Below are positions 18,290 through 29,209 of a DNA stretch of 58,922 nt, piece by piece. The notes beneath the pieces were generated by a model. The model did no database searches. It was not told the DNA's origin and saw only the letters and a list, made by a program, of their open reading frames with translations. The stretch is from NCBI GenBank assembly GCA_001822075.1, contig MHPK01000006.1:124977-183898 (forward strand). The letters run 5' to 3'. Each line of letters opens with the position of its first letter. The stretch's first letter is position 1. The DNA is from Candidatus Staskawiczbacteria bacterium RIFOXYB1_FULL_38_37. GTDB lineage: Bacteria; Patescibacteriota; Minisyncoccia; Minisyncoccales; Staskawiczbacteraceae. The translations under genes and the position numbers were made by a program.

Positions 18290-19042
18290 CTATTTTTGAA
18301 CGTTTTCTTTTTTGTCCCCGTTTTCTTTTTTTGAAATAAACCACCAAACAATAGCCGCCAGCAAAATTATAATTATAAGCCAGACTATCCAATTAGAAAA
18401 AAATGAAGAAAACTGGCTTTCGCCCAAAGCCGCAGGTTGAGTTTCGGCATTATTTTCTTCCTGGGACGTTAAAATATCTTCTGTTTCTTCTTGCTGGGTT
18501 GTCTCTTCGCCCGTTATCTCCTGGCTTGTGTTATCCAGCCCCACTTCTGCGCTTGATAGCGGAGCTTGCTGCGCAACAGAAGCTGCTCCGGAAATTGCTG
18601 TTATATTATAAGTCCCGCTATTGCTGCCAGAATCTACTGCTGCATCTGAATCTAAAACACTGACATCTGAAAAAGATAAGCTTGCTTGGCCGGGGTTGAT
18701 TCCTTTTACAGATATTGCCATAAGATCTTGTAAAGCTGCGGCGCACTTTGGAATTCCCAAAACAAAACTTGGGCTTTGGCAATTTGGAGCTGTTTGAGCC
18801 ACCACTCCTGAACCAAGCGCAATATTTTGGCAGGATAAATTACCAAAATTTAAAACGCCTTTTGCTATGCATGCTTTATTCCCCGCTGGATCCAGCTGAA
18901 TTAAAACATCAAATGACGAACCAATATCTTTATTGCCAGACGAAGGCGCGACAGACAGCATACTGGTATCAGCTAAAGCAAATTGGCCAGCTGCCACGCA
19001 CCCTGCAATAATAAATAATGATAGTATGGTTATTTTTTTCAT
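18290..19042 (-). CDS. cohesin-like domain protein with C-terminal membrane anchor
   Basis: Signal peptide; LSVAPSSGNKDIGSSFDVLIQL...ASLSFSDVSV (cohesin-like); acidic linker; WIVWLIIIILLAAIVWWFISKK. Confidence 0.6.
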   Translation of the reverse strand: MKKITILSLFIIAGCVAAGQFALADTSMLSVAPSSGNKDIGSSFDVLIQLDPAGNKACIAKGVLNFGNLSCQNIALGSGVVAQTAPNCQSPSFVLGIPKCAAALQDLMAISVKGINPGQASLSFSDVSVLDSDAAVDSGSNSGTYNITAISGAASVAQQAPLSSAEVGLDNTSQEITGEETTQQEETEDILTSQEENNAETQPAALGESQFSSFFSNWIVWLIIIILLAAIVWWFISKKENGDKKENVQK

Positions 19043-19086
19043 GTAATTTTAATTTTTGTTTTAAATTTTAAAATTTAAAATCAATT

Positions 19087-22000
19087 TTACTCGCCCCAGT
19101 GAAGCATTAAAATAGCCATATCATATTCATCAATCTTTCCGTCATTATTTAAGTCAGCTGGCATAGAGCTATCTGTCTGGCCCCAAACAGATAACATTAA
19201 AGCAAGGTCTTGGTCGTCTACATTGCCATCGCGGTTGATATCGCCTATTTTTGCCACAGAAAAGGCTGCAGAAATTGTGTGATTTCCAGTTACATGCTCA
19301 AAAAAGTAAGAATCGACCGGACCAATAGAAATGCCGTCAACCAGCACATCTTTAATTTTATAAGCTTTGCTGGGCTCTATGCTAAAAAACTGACTGCTTA
19401 GAAACTGCACATGCACTTCGCCCAGCGGAGTCATAGACCCGCCTTCTCCGTGAGAAGCCAAAATTGTTGAATAATAGTTTACGCCCATAATTCCTGCGCC
19501 ATTTCCCGAAGTTTGCTCTGTCTGGCAGGTTGAAGAGCAGCCGTCTCCACCTGAAGTGTTTCCGTCATCGCACTGCTCGTCCGATTCCACGGCGCTATTT
19601 CCGCAAACAGGCTCTTCTGGTTGTGGATCTGCATGGCAGCTGTCATCGTACCAGTAGAAGCCAGCTGATTCGCAGTCTTCTTGGTTGTTATAATCTTCTG
19701 GCTGTGGCGGCACATATGGCAATTCATGGCAACTATTATTATACCAATAGAAACCAGCATTCTCGCAGTCTTCTTGATTATTGTAATCTTCTGGATTTGC
19801 AGGTGTTTCTGTTTGGCATGTTGAAGAGCAGCCGTCTCCGTTTGAAGTGTTTCCGTCATCGCACTGCTCGTCCGATTCCACGGCGCTATTTCCGCAAACA
19901 GGCTCTTCTGGTTGTGGATCTGCATGGCAGCTGTCATCGTACCAGTAGAAGCCAGCTGATTCGCAGTCTTCTTGGTTGTTATAATCTTCTGGCTGTGGCG
20001 GCACATATGGCAATTCATGGCAACTATTATTATACCAATAGAAACCAGCATTCTCGCAGTCTTCTTGATTATTGTAATCTTCTGGATTTGCAGGTGTTTC
20101 TGTTTGGCATGTTGAAGAGCAGCCGTCTCCGTTTGAAGTGTTTCCGTCATCGCACTGCTCATCTGTTTCCAATATATTATTTCCGCAAACAGGCGCAAAA
20201 CCGCAGCTGTCATTCAAACTGCCAGGCGTCCCAAGGTCTCCTAATCCATAGGGGGTTGTTGAAACGCACCAATTAGCGCCCACATTATTATCTAAAGCAG
20301 GATTTCCTAAAATTGTTGAAGCGCCAGTTGGGTCAGGGAATTCTGCGCCTCCGTCATAGTCTACTCTGTCAATTTCTGCGCTGTTGCAATCAAGTATAAT
20401 AGAGTCGCTTGCATTGCCAAGAGTCGTATTAGAATAAACATAATCTGGATTCAGCCCTCCGTTCAGGCTATAGTTTCCGTTTTTGGCAAAAACAGCATAA
20501 CCATTGGCTGATAAAATAAGCGATGTAATAGTATGAAGATTATTTAATTCATCTTTTATAACGCATCCTGATAAGTCAATATCATAATTTGTTGTGTTAT
20601 ACAGCTCAAACCATTCTCCATAAGTGTCCGAAACAGCGCCTGGATCCTGCATTATTTCATTTATCACAACATATCCGGGTTCTGGAGCTACAGGCTCCTC
20701 AGGATTCGGCTCTGCGTGGCAAGAATCATCATACCAATAGAAACCTGCATTCTCGCAGTCTTCTTGATTATTGTAATCTTCTGGATTTGCAGGTGTTTCT
20801 GTTTGGCATGTTGAAGAGCAGCCGTCTCCGTTTGAAGTGTTTCCGTCATCGCACTGCTCATCTGTTTCCAATATATTATTTCCGCAAACAGGCGCAAAAC
20901 CGCAGCTGTCATTCAAACTGCCAGGCGTCCCAAGGTCTCCTAATCCATAGGGGGTTGTTGAAACGCACCAATTAGCGCCCACATTATTATCTAAAGCAGG
21001 ATTTCCTAAAATTGTTGAAGCGCCAGTTGGGTCAGGGAATTCTGCGCCTCCGTCATAGTCTACTCTGTCAATTTCTGCGCTGTTGCAATCAAGTATAATA
21101 GAGTCGCTTGCATTGCCAAGAGTCGTATTAGAATAAACATAATCTGGATTCAGCCCTCCGTTCAGGCTATAGTTTCCGTTTTTGGCAAAAACAGCATAAC
21201 CATTGGCTGATAAAATAAGCGATGTAATAGTATGAAGATTATTTAATTCATCTTTTATAACGCATCCTGATAAGTCAATATCATAATTTGTTGTGTTATA
21301 CAGCTCAAACCATTCTCCATAAGTGTCCGAAACAGCGCCTGGATCCTGCATTATTTCATTTATCACAACATATCCGGGTTCTGGAGCTACAGGCTCCTCA
21401 GGATTCGGCTCTGCGTGGCAAGAATCATCATACCAATAGAAACCTGCATTCTCGCAGTCTTCTTGATTATTGTAATCTTCTGGATTTGCAGGTGTTTCTG
21501 TTTGGCATGTTGAAGAGCAGCCGTCTCCGTTTGAAGTGTTTCCGTCATCGCACTGCTCGCTTTCATCTAAAATTTCATTTCCGCAAACAGAAAAATAATT
21601 TGCAAAATCTTTTTCTGTTGAATTTTCTCCCTGGGACAATGTTAAAGCATAAAATCCTTCTGAAGGATAAGTTTGCAGCCATCCATTTTGATTTGTTTCT
21701 GAAATTGTATAACTGCCTGCCTCCAATCCTGCAAATGCATAAAATCCGTTTTCGTCTGTAGTCTGGGTTGCTGACGCGTCTCCAGACAAAACAATTTCCC
21801 AGCCATGCAAAGCTTCTTCTCCATCATCAATTTCTCCGTTATTATTTAAATCATTGTATTTATATCCTGAAATTGAAGCATATTGGCATATATCAGTTGA
21901 AATTTCCTGATAAATGCCTTCTAATCCGTCTCCATTTGAGGCATGGTGGTAATCTGCTCCTGTAATATCAGCTATATCTTGCAACATTGTTTCATTAATA

Positions 22001-22731
22001 TCAGAATTACTTCCCAACCCTATTGTAAATATCTTATAACCCAAATTTCCAGCTTCTGTTGCTTTTTGTATTGCATAAGCAACATCGTCAGAGTCTTCCC
22101 CGGAACCTAAACCGTTTGGCCTATTTGCCTTGCCGTCTGTTAATAAAATAATTGTTTTGGCTGCCTGGAGATTTGCATTCCCATTAAATTCCGCAATTGC
22201 AAATGAAATTGCGTCTCCAATATTTGTTGCCCCGCCCGTTACAGCAGAATCAATAGAATCAATAGCTGTTTTTGTGACGTTATGGTCTGAAGAAAGGCTT
22301 TTTGCCAGTTGGGCTGTGTCTGAAAAAGTAATCAAGCCCGACTGGTCTTGCGATTTTAAATTATCTAAAAATGATTTTGCTGCTGCTTTCGCTGACTCTA
22401 TTTTAGAAGGCGCAGGCGCCGTATATGCGGGCGAGCCGCACTGGATAGTGTCTGGTTTTGCTAAACATTCCTCTTCTGATAAACTGTCTTGGCTGTGGCC
22501 GACGCATTGCATGCTAGAATCAACCCATTCAAGCTCTTTCCAATTGCACTGGCTCTGGCTCCCCCCGTCTTCCATGCTGCCCGAAACATCCAAAACTAAA
22601 ATAACATCAACATCAACCTGGCACATATTGGCGCCTTCTGCCAATGCAATATTTTTAGGAAATAAAAAACCGGCCATCAGCATGCTGATAATCAGCCACA
22701 AAGCGGCCGTAAAATTTAAAAATGGCTTCAT
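19087..22731 (-). CDS. large secreted adhesin-like protein: vWA, SdrD-B-like, Cys-rich repeats, 2x lamin-tail domain, dockerin
   Basis: DVSGSM and LLTDG (vWA MIDAS); GYKYNDLNNNG (SdrD-B-like); CGN...EQCDDGN...GDGCSSTC repeats; VVINEIMQDP (LTD); GDINRDGNVD...ADLNNDGKID (dockerin). Confidence 0.85.
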   Translation of the reverse strand: MKPFLNFTAALWLIISMLMAGFLFPKNIALAEGANMCQVDVDVILVLDVSGSMEDGGSQSQCNWKELEWVDSSMQCVGHSQDSLSEEECLAKPDTIQCGSPAYTAPAPSKIESAKAAAKSFLDNLKSQDQSGLITFSDTAQLAKSLSSDHNVTKTAIDSIDSAVTGGATNIGDAISFAIAEFNGNANLQAAKTIILLTDGKANRPNGLGSGEDSDDVAYAIQKATEAGNLGYKIFTIGLGSNSDINETMLQDIADITGADYHHASNGDGLEGIYQEISTDICQYASISGYKYNDLNNNGEIDDGEEALHGWEIVLSGDASATQTTDENGFYAFAGLEAGSYTISETNQNGWLQTYPSEGFYALTLSQGENSTEKDFANYFSVCGNEILDESEQCDDGNTSNGDGCSSTCQTETPANPEDYNNQEDCENAGFYWYDDSCHAEPNPEEPVAPEPGYVVINEIMQDPGAVSDTYGEWFELYNTTNYDIDLSGCVIKDELNNLHTITSLILSANGYAVFAKNGNYSLNGGLNPDYVYSNTTLGNASDSIILDCNSAEIDRVDYDGGAEFPDPTGASTILGNPALDNNVGANWCVSTTPYGLGDLGTPGSLNDSCGFAPVCGNNILETDEQCDDGNTSNGDGCSSTCQTETPANPEDYNNQEDCENAGFYWYDDSCHAEPNPEEPVAPEPGYVVINEIMQDPGAVSDTYGEWFELYNTTNYDIDLSGCVIKDELNNLHTITSLILSANGYAVFAKNGNYSLNGGLNPDYVYSNTTLGNASDSIILDCNSAEIDRVDYDGGAEFPDPTGASTILGNPALDNNVGANWCVSTTPYGLGDLGTPGSLNDSCGFAPVCGNNILETDEQCDDGNTSNGDGCSSTCQTETPANPEDYNNQEDCENAGFYWYNNSCHELPYVPPQPEDYNNQEDCESAGFYWYDDSCHADPQPEEPVCGNSAVESDEQCDDGNTSNGDGCSSTCQTETPANPEDYNNQEDCENAGFYWYNNSCHELPYVPPQPEDYNNQEDCESAGFYWYDDSCHADPQPEEPVCGNSAVESDEQCDDGNTSGGDGCSSTCQTEQTSGNGAGIMGVNYYSTILASHGEGGSMTPLGEVHVQFLSSQFFSIEPSKAYKIKDVLVDGISIGPVDSYFFEHVTGNHTISAAFSVAKIGDINRDGNVDDQDLALMLSVWGQTDSSMPADLNNDGKIDEYDMAILMLHWGE

Positions 22732-22769
22732 ATTTATTTTGGGCCTGCTGGCCCGCTCAATATTATTAA

Positions 22770-23741
22770 TTAAAATAATCTCCTTATGTTGTTAAAAATT
22801 AATTTTCCTTTAGAAAAATTAACTCCATTTTTGCGTAAAATATCAAATGTAATTGCCAAGACCAGCAACATTCCTGCTATTACAAACCATCCTACAGCTA
22901 AATTTCCGCCTCCCAAAAATGAAACAGCTGCTATCCACATGCTATTTTGGAAATGTCCTATCAAAAATTTGAACGAATATGATTGTATTTCCTGTCCGTT
23001 TAAAATCACCTTAAGCTCGGCTGTATAATTTCCGTTTTCCTGGCCCGTTGTCTGCCATTCTATTGGAGAAACTTCTCTATTAGTATATGCCCTCACTGCT
23101 TCTTCTGACTCAGAATATGGAAAAATTGCATTATAAACAGTTTGGCTGTTTTTTATAATTTTCAGCTGTAAATCAGGTTTTACAGCAACATTTCCCTGGT
23201 TGTCGTACAAAACCCTTATTTTCAGCGGCTTTCCCTGCTGGACATCATATGTCAAAGGTATAAAACTTGCCTGCAATTTTACAATTTCTTTATCTGTCAC
23301 AGTTATTGTCACATCTCGTCCTATCTGCTGTGAAACGTTGACTGACGTTTCTTCGCTTTTAAGCTCCCTGTTTGAAGCCAAAAACACTAATAACTCTCCT
23401 GCATACTCGCCGTTCGGAGTATCATCGGGAATTTTAAATCTTACATTGACATTAGTGTATTGGTCTGCTGGCATTTTAATTTCTGTTATAGGATTTTCAA
23501 AATTTGTGTCATCTGCGCTAAAAAATACTGCCCAATCAGCAATCTGGCCTTCAGCCCTTAATCCATACTTTACTTCTTTTTGTTCTGAATTAAGCAAAGT
23601 AATTGTAGTTAATGCTTCTTGGCCCCTCAAAACGTCTTTAATAATAATCGGTTCTGTAATTTGCCCGATAGCAAAAACTGTTTGCGCTGAAATAAAGCTT
23701 AAAAATATAATTGTTATTAAAATTATTTTTAACTTGTTCAT
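22770..23741 (-). CDS. secreted, C-terminally anchored protein, DUF916/WxL-interacting-like architecture
   Basis: Signal peptide, two beta-rich domains (NQGNVAVKP), C-terminal TM; family assignment is inference. Confidence 0.45.
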   Translation of the reverse strand: MNKLKIILITIIFLSFISAQTVFAIGQITEPIIIKDVLRGQEALTTITLLNSEQKEVKYGLRAEGQIADWAVFFSADDTNFENPITEIKMPADQYTNVNVRFKIPDDTPNGEYAGELLVFLASNRELKSEETSVNVSQQIGRDVTITVTDKEIVKLQASFIPLTYDVQQGKPLKIRVLYDNQGNVAVKPDLQLKIIKNSQTVYNAIFPYSESEEAVRAYTNREVSPIEWQTTGQENGNYTAELKVILNGQEIQSYSFKFLIGHFQNSMWIAAVSFLGGGNLAVGWFVIAGMLLVLAITFDILRKNGVNFSKGKLIFNNIRRLF

Positions 23742-23898
23742 TGTTTTTATTTTTTATCTTTTTTTATCTTTATAGTGATTCTTATCACAACCAAAAAACC
23801 AAGTCAATACCGCCATCAATTCCTTGGACAAGCTTTAAGCAATTTTGCTTAAAACCTCTCCAAGGGGCCCCAAAGAGGCCCCGTTAGCAATCTGTTTA

Positions 23899-25029
23899 TT
23901 AATCGCTGCACGTTAAGTGCGAAACAGATGTGGCGCTCAGGGTCATGTTCCCTACGTAATAGTTTCCTGAATGAGTCGGCGGGAATTTGGAAATATCAAT
24001 TGAAAAATCCATTTCATTTAATTCTGACAAATCCAGCGGATTATTCAGTGTTTTTGTTTCTTCTGGCCAGTATTGAATAAATTCTGCGCTGCTTCCTACC
24101 CTTGCATCGTATTTTACGTTCCAGTTTCCATCAGTTTTTCCTAAACCCATATCATCCTGCGAAACCTTCATTTTTAACCTGGTGTTTCCAACGTTCCTAA
24201 CTGAAGCTTGGTTTTCGCCGGCAGGGCTGTTCCAGACCAAATCGCCATTAATTATTTTGTGGGTGTTAAGGCGGACATTTCCATAATTAATGGAATTAAA
24301 ATCTGCTTCAAAAGCAGTCACTGGAAGATAGGTAAAATGATTTTCCAATGTGCCCTGCAGGCCAACTTTGTCTTGTCCTATCGCCCACACCTTGTAATCA
24401 CCGGATGGGTCTTCGTAAGAAAGGTCTTTTGTGCCGCAATAAACAGCTGCTGTTTCCTTTTGCAATTCGCCGTCTGCTTTGCAAATTTCGTCGTAATCAT
24501 AATACTGTGGATCGGTGTTAAAAGTCGGTAAATTGTTGTTATTGCTTCTTACCCTGTTGCAGAAAAGCTCAATGCCGTCTGCTTTAGATAATTTATTCAA
24601 GCTGTCTTCTTGCATAAGCTCGCCACAGCCGTCACCGCTTTGATCTGGCAGTGCTACATGGTGCGCGCCCAAATCTATGTTTTCTGGGTAGAAAACATCT
24701 GAATAAACATTAATTACGTCAGACAATCCGTCTGGGTCGGTTACCACCGCGCACATTGCAATCTTTTTATTTACATCTTTGTGGCCTGATGGTAAAAATT
24801 GAGCGCCAGCTGACGCACTGTCATCCCTGTAATAATCAAGGGCGCTGGCATAAGCAACTCCCCGAGCATCAGCGCCATTGGCCTCCCACTTAGCTTTTAC
24901 AATTGGGGAGGCGCCTCCGGTAGTGTCTTGCGTCAAACCAGTGCCGACAGTTTCAGCTATTGCAAAGCTCGGGCCTACCAGCATAACCAACATTGCAAAT
25001 GTTAATAAACTTGCTATTAATTTTTTCAT
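23899..25029 (-). CDS. secreted hypothetical protein, possible surface structural subunit
   Basis: Signal peptide; SVRNVGNT; long leader with consensus-like promoter near 25225-25252. Confidence 0.55.
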   Translation of the reverse strand: MKKLIASLLTFAMLVMLVGPSFAIAETVGTGLTQDTTGGASPIVKAKWEANGADARGVAYASALDYYRDDSASAGAQFLPSGHKDVNKKIAMCAVVTDPDGLSDVINVYSDVFYPENIDLGAHHVALPDQSGDGCGELMQEDSLNKLSKADGIELFCNRVRSNNNNLPTFNTDPQYYDYDEICKADGELQKETAAVYCGTKDLSYEDPSGDYKVWAIGQDKVGLQGTLENHFTYLPVTAFEADFNSINYGNVRLNTHKIINGDLVWNSPAGENQASVRNVGNTRLKMKVSQDDMGLGKTDGNWNVKYDARVGSSAEFIQYWPEETKTLNNPLDLSELNEMDFSIDISKFPPTHSGNYYVGNMTLSATSVSHLTCSD

Positions 25030-25340
25030 GTTTTTTATTTTTTTTACTTATATTTTTTGTCCTATTTAATTTCCTTGGGTCGACCTATTAAACACTTTGT
25101 GTATTTAATTGTTCTGTTTTTTTCCAGAACCCAAATCCATTTTTTAGAATAAAAATATAAAAGACATAATAAAACAAGATACTAAAATGACCTATCTCGG
25201 TTAAAAAAACGCAACAGTATTATTTATTATAGAAATGTAAGAGCCCGTGTCAATACTCAATTTTTTCACACCTGTTAACAAACTAAGATAGGACAAAAAA
25301 GCCCGTGCCGGGCTTTCAAAAATTAATCTGTCAAATCGCT

Positions 25341-25601
25341 TTATTGCTCTACAATGCACCTTACTTCATTATTGGGCTTTACTTCAAGAAATCCTGATTT
25401 CACCGGAAAAAAATGCTCCCTTGGTCCTGAGCTTGTCGAAGGATTTGCCTCTACAACTTTTATAATTCCCGCAGTTAAAACTCCAATAAAAGTTTCGTGA
25501 TTGTCTAAAACAGTTATCTCTCCCATAATTGTTTTGCAATTTAAAAGCCGCGCTTCGCCCTGAAACAAAACTTTTTTTAATGAATAGATAGACAGCTTCA
25601 T
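25341..25601 (-). CDS. atpC: ATP synthase epsilon subunit (short, N-terminal domain only)
   Basis: GEITVLDNHETFIGVL..G; follows atpD. Confidence 0.85.
   Translation of the reverse strand: MKLSIYSLKKVLFQGEARLLNCKTIMGEITVLDNHETFIGVLTAGIIKVVEANPSTSSGPREHFFPVKSGFLEVKPNNEVRCIVEQ
25425..25443. repeat. family E element (CCTTCGAC-N-GCTCAGG), in-frame in atpC
   Basis: Encodes PSTSSG; related copies at 35943-35960 and 47619-47637. Confidence 0.75.
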
Positions 25602-25608
25602 AAAATTA

Positions 25609-27112
<1,504 letters not shown>

Positions 27113-27113
<1 letters not shown>

Positions 27114-28090
27114 TAGCTAAGCGCTTCGGCTCCCGCGCTTATCTCGCTTATTTCTGTTGTTATTCTGGCTTGGCGCGATTTATTATATTGTAAATTTAAT
27201 TTATTTCCCAAATCAGATGCGTTATCCGAAGCTGTTTTCATTGCCATTCTTCTGGCTGAATGTTCTGAAGCATTGGCCTCTAAAATTAAATGGTAAATTT
27301 GCATAAAAAATAAATGCTCCGCCAATTTTTCTAAAACTTTTTCCGGCTCGGGCTCAATAGTATATTCTTTTAATTTATTTTTATCTAAAGTAAAAGTTAT
27401 ATTGTGCTCTTTTATCAAGTCGGCAAACTTTCCGCGCTCGGGTATTATTTGTTTAATTGTGTCGGCTATATGACTGTAATCAATTGGCAAAACCCTTCTT
27501 ACATGGGGCTCCTGCTTTAAAGCAGACCTAAAATGCGTTGAAACAATAATTACTCTATCAAAATCTTTGTTTAAATAACCTTTTATTAAAAAATCAAACA
27601 ACGGCCTCACCTGCTCGGGAGTTGTATAATCTCCGGCTTCAACAAACTTTCTTAGTACCGTGGACTGGTCTACGGTACTGAACTTTTTTAAAAGATAATT
27701 ATATGCTTTTTCCCCGACTGCCGCAAAAACTTTTTCTTCATTTTCGTGCTTTTTATCTTCTTTAATATGCTTTTCAAATTTTTTAAAAACCGAACTGTTA
27801 AATGCTCCTGCCAATCCCTTGTCAGAAGAAACCAAAACAAATAAAACTTTTTTTATTCCGCCAGCTGGCGGATTTCTCCTGTCTTCAAACAACGGAGGCA
27901 GTTTTTGGTCTTCTAAGCTTGAAATCGTTGCCAAAAAATCTAATGCCGCAAAAGCATACGGCCTGGAGTCCAAAGCAATCTGCTGGGATTTTCTCATTTT
28001 TGTAGCCGAAACCAGCTCCATTGCTTTGGTAATTTGTCCTATGTTATTTACGCTTTTTAAACGTTTTTTGATATTCTGCGGTGATTCCAT
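27113..28090 (-). CDS. atpG: ATP synthase gamma subunit
   Basis: ITKAMELVSATK, SSDKGLAGAFN, ASEHSARRMAMKTASDNA, NKSRQARITTEI. Confidence 0.98.
27654..27679. repeat. 26-bp near-perfect palindrome in-frame in atpG (family F)
   Basis: AGTACCGTGGACTGGTCTACGGTACT, encodes STVDQSTV. Confidence 0.7.
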
Positions 28091-28098
28091 AATTAATT

Positions 28099-28148
28099 TT
28101 TATATCATTTTATCAACCACTTGACAACAGCCCTGTATTTGCTATACT
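28099..28148. promoter_or_regulatory. overlapping divergent promoters upstream of atpG (44-bp core repeated at 28498-28541)
   Basis: Minus: TTGTCA-17-TATAAA ending 8 bp before the atpG ATG; plus: TTGACA-16-TATACT. Confidence 0.6.
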
Positions 28149-28258
28149 TAACTTGCTGATATGAACCGTATAATTACGGGTCAAATCGGGTGTCAAACAA
28201 AGAGGATTCCGAAAGGGGTCTTTTTTGTTTGATAAATTTTCTGTGATATAATCAATTC

Positions 28259-28345
28259 GTGGACTCGGGCCCGTAATTGTATGTAGTTAACATATCGGTG
28301 TTGACACCCGATGAAGCGGGTGCAAATCCCGCCGGGTCCACGCCA
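28259..28345 (+). ncRNA. atypical tRNA-like RNA (pseudo-tRNA; anticodon not assignable)
   Basis: Acceptor GGGCCCG/CGGGTCC, T-arm GCGGG-TGCAAAT-CCCGC, aberrant D and anticodon arms; extended -10 upstream and terminator at 28345-28375. Confidence 0.6.
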
Positions 28346-28423
28346 AAAAATCTGTCATTTCCTGACGGATTTTTTGTTTAACTTTGTTTAATGTCGGGAC
28401 TTTTTTTATATTTTTAATTTGCC

Positions 28424-28479
28424 TCTATAAAAGAACTGATTACTTTTTTTATTTCTGCTTCGGTTTCGTCGGTGATTTG
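28424..28479. repeat. 56-bp duplicate of the atpA 3' end
   Basis: 55/56 identical to 29477-29532. Confidence 0.92.
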
Positions 28480-28602
28480 GCATTCGGTCTATATTCTTAT
28501 ATCATTTTATCTGCCTCTTGACAACAGCCCTGAATTTGCTAATATTATAGTATAACCATGAAAAAGACCCTTGTAAGGTTTCGTCCTTGCCGGGGGCTTT
28601 TT

Positions 28603-29094
28603 TTATTTGCCCTCTAACTTTCTTCGCTGGGTATCTAAATATAATAATGGTGTATTCTGTCTTCGTAATAAATAAGAACATTTATTGCTCGGTGATACAA
28701 CAGACAAAAGTGCTTTTTTATTTTTCAAAAATTCAACGAGCTCGGCATAATCCCCATCACTTGAAACAATAACTGCTTTGTCATATTTCTTTTCATAAAA
28801 ACCAGAAACTGCATCCAAAACAAGTATGGCGTCACAATTGCCCTTAACGGTTCCAACATCATCATAGCTTACTTGTTTATAAGTTAGAATAAACCCACAC
28901 TCCTGTAAGTATTTATAGAGTTCTTTGTATTTTGGAACCAATCCCAAAAATAAATAAGCTGTCTTAATTTCATATTTTTCTGCCAGCCAAACTCTAAATC
29001 TTTTATAATCCAATTTCCAACCCAAACTCGTAGTTCCTCTATGCAGGTTTGCTCCGTCAATATATGCAAAATTGTTTTCTTTCTTATTTTCCAT
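28603..29094 (-). CDS. NYN (LabA/DUF88) domain protein
   Basis: AYIDGANL, KGNCDAILVLDA, IVSSDGDYAELV. Confidence 0.92.
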   Translation of the reverse strand: MENKKENNFAYIDGANLHRGTTSLGWKLDYKRFRVWLAEKYEIKTAYLFLGLVPKYKELYKYLQECGFILTYKQVSYDDVGTVKGNCDAILVLDAVSGFYEKKYDKAVIVSSDGDYAELVEFLKNKKALLSVVSPSNKCSYLLRRQNTPLLYLDTQRRKLEGK

Positions 29095-29101
29095 TTTACT
29101 A

Positions 29102-29130
29102 TTGACAATTATTTATAACGGGTGTATAAT
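29102..29130 (+). promoter_or_regulatory. perfect consensus sigma70 promoter
   Basis: TTGACA-17bp-TATAAT. Confidence 0.8.
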
Positions 29131-29209
29131 TAGTATATAGGCTCGATTTAGCACTTTCCCATCACTCGTAGGCAGCTACGCCTTAAAATAGCGAAAGAGG
29201 ATCAAAGCC

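Noticed and set aside
19479-21761. Long alternative-frame ORFs (244, 248, 128, 157 aa) with repeated text
   Set aside because: They simply mirror the tandem duplications inside the adhesin gene
28259-28345. Calling the tRNA-like RNA tRNA-Val(GAC), tRNA-Ser(TGA) or tmRNA
   Set aside because: No 7-nt loop places GAC or TGA with canonical U33 and purine 37; far too short for tmRNA and no tag ORF; left unassigned
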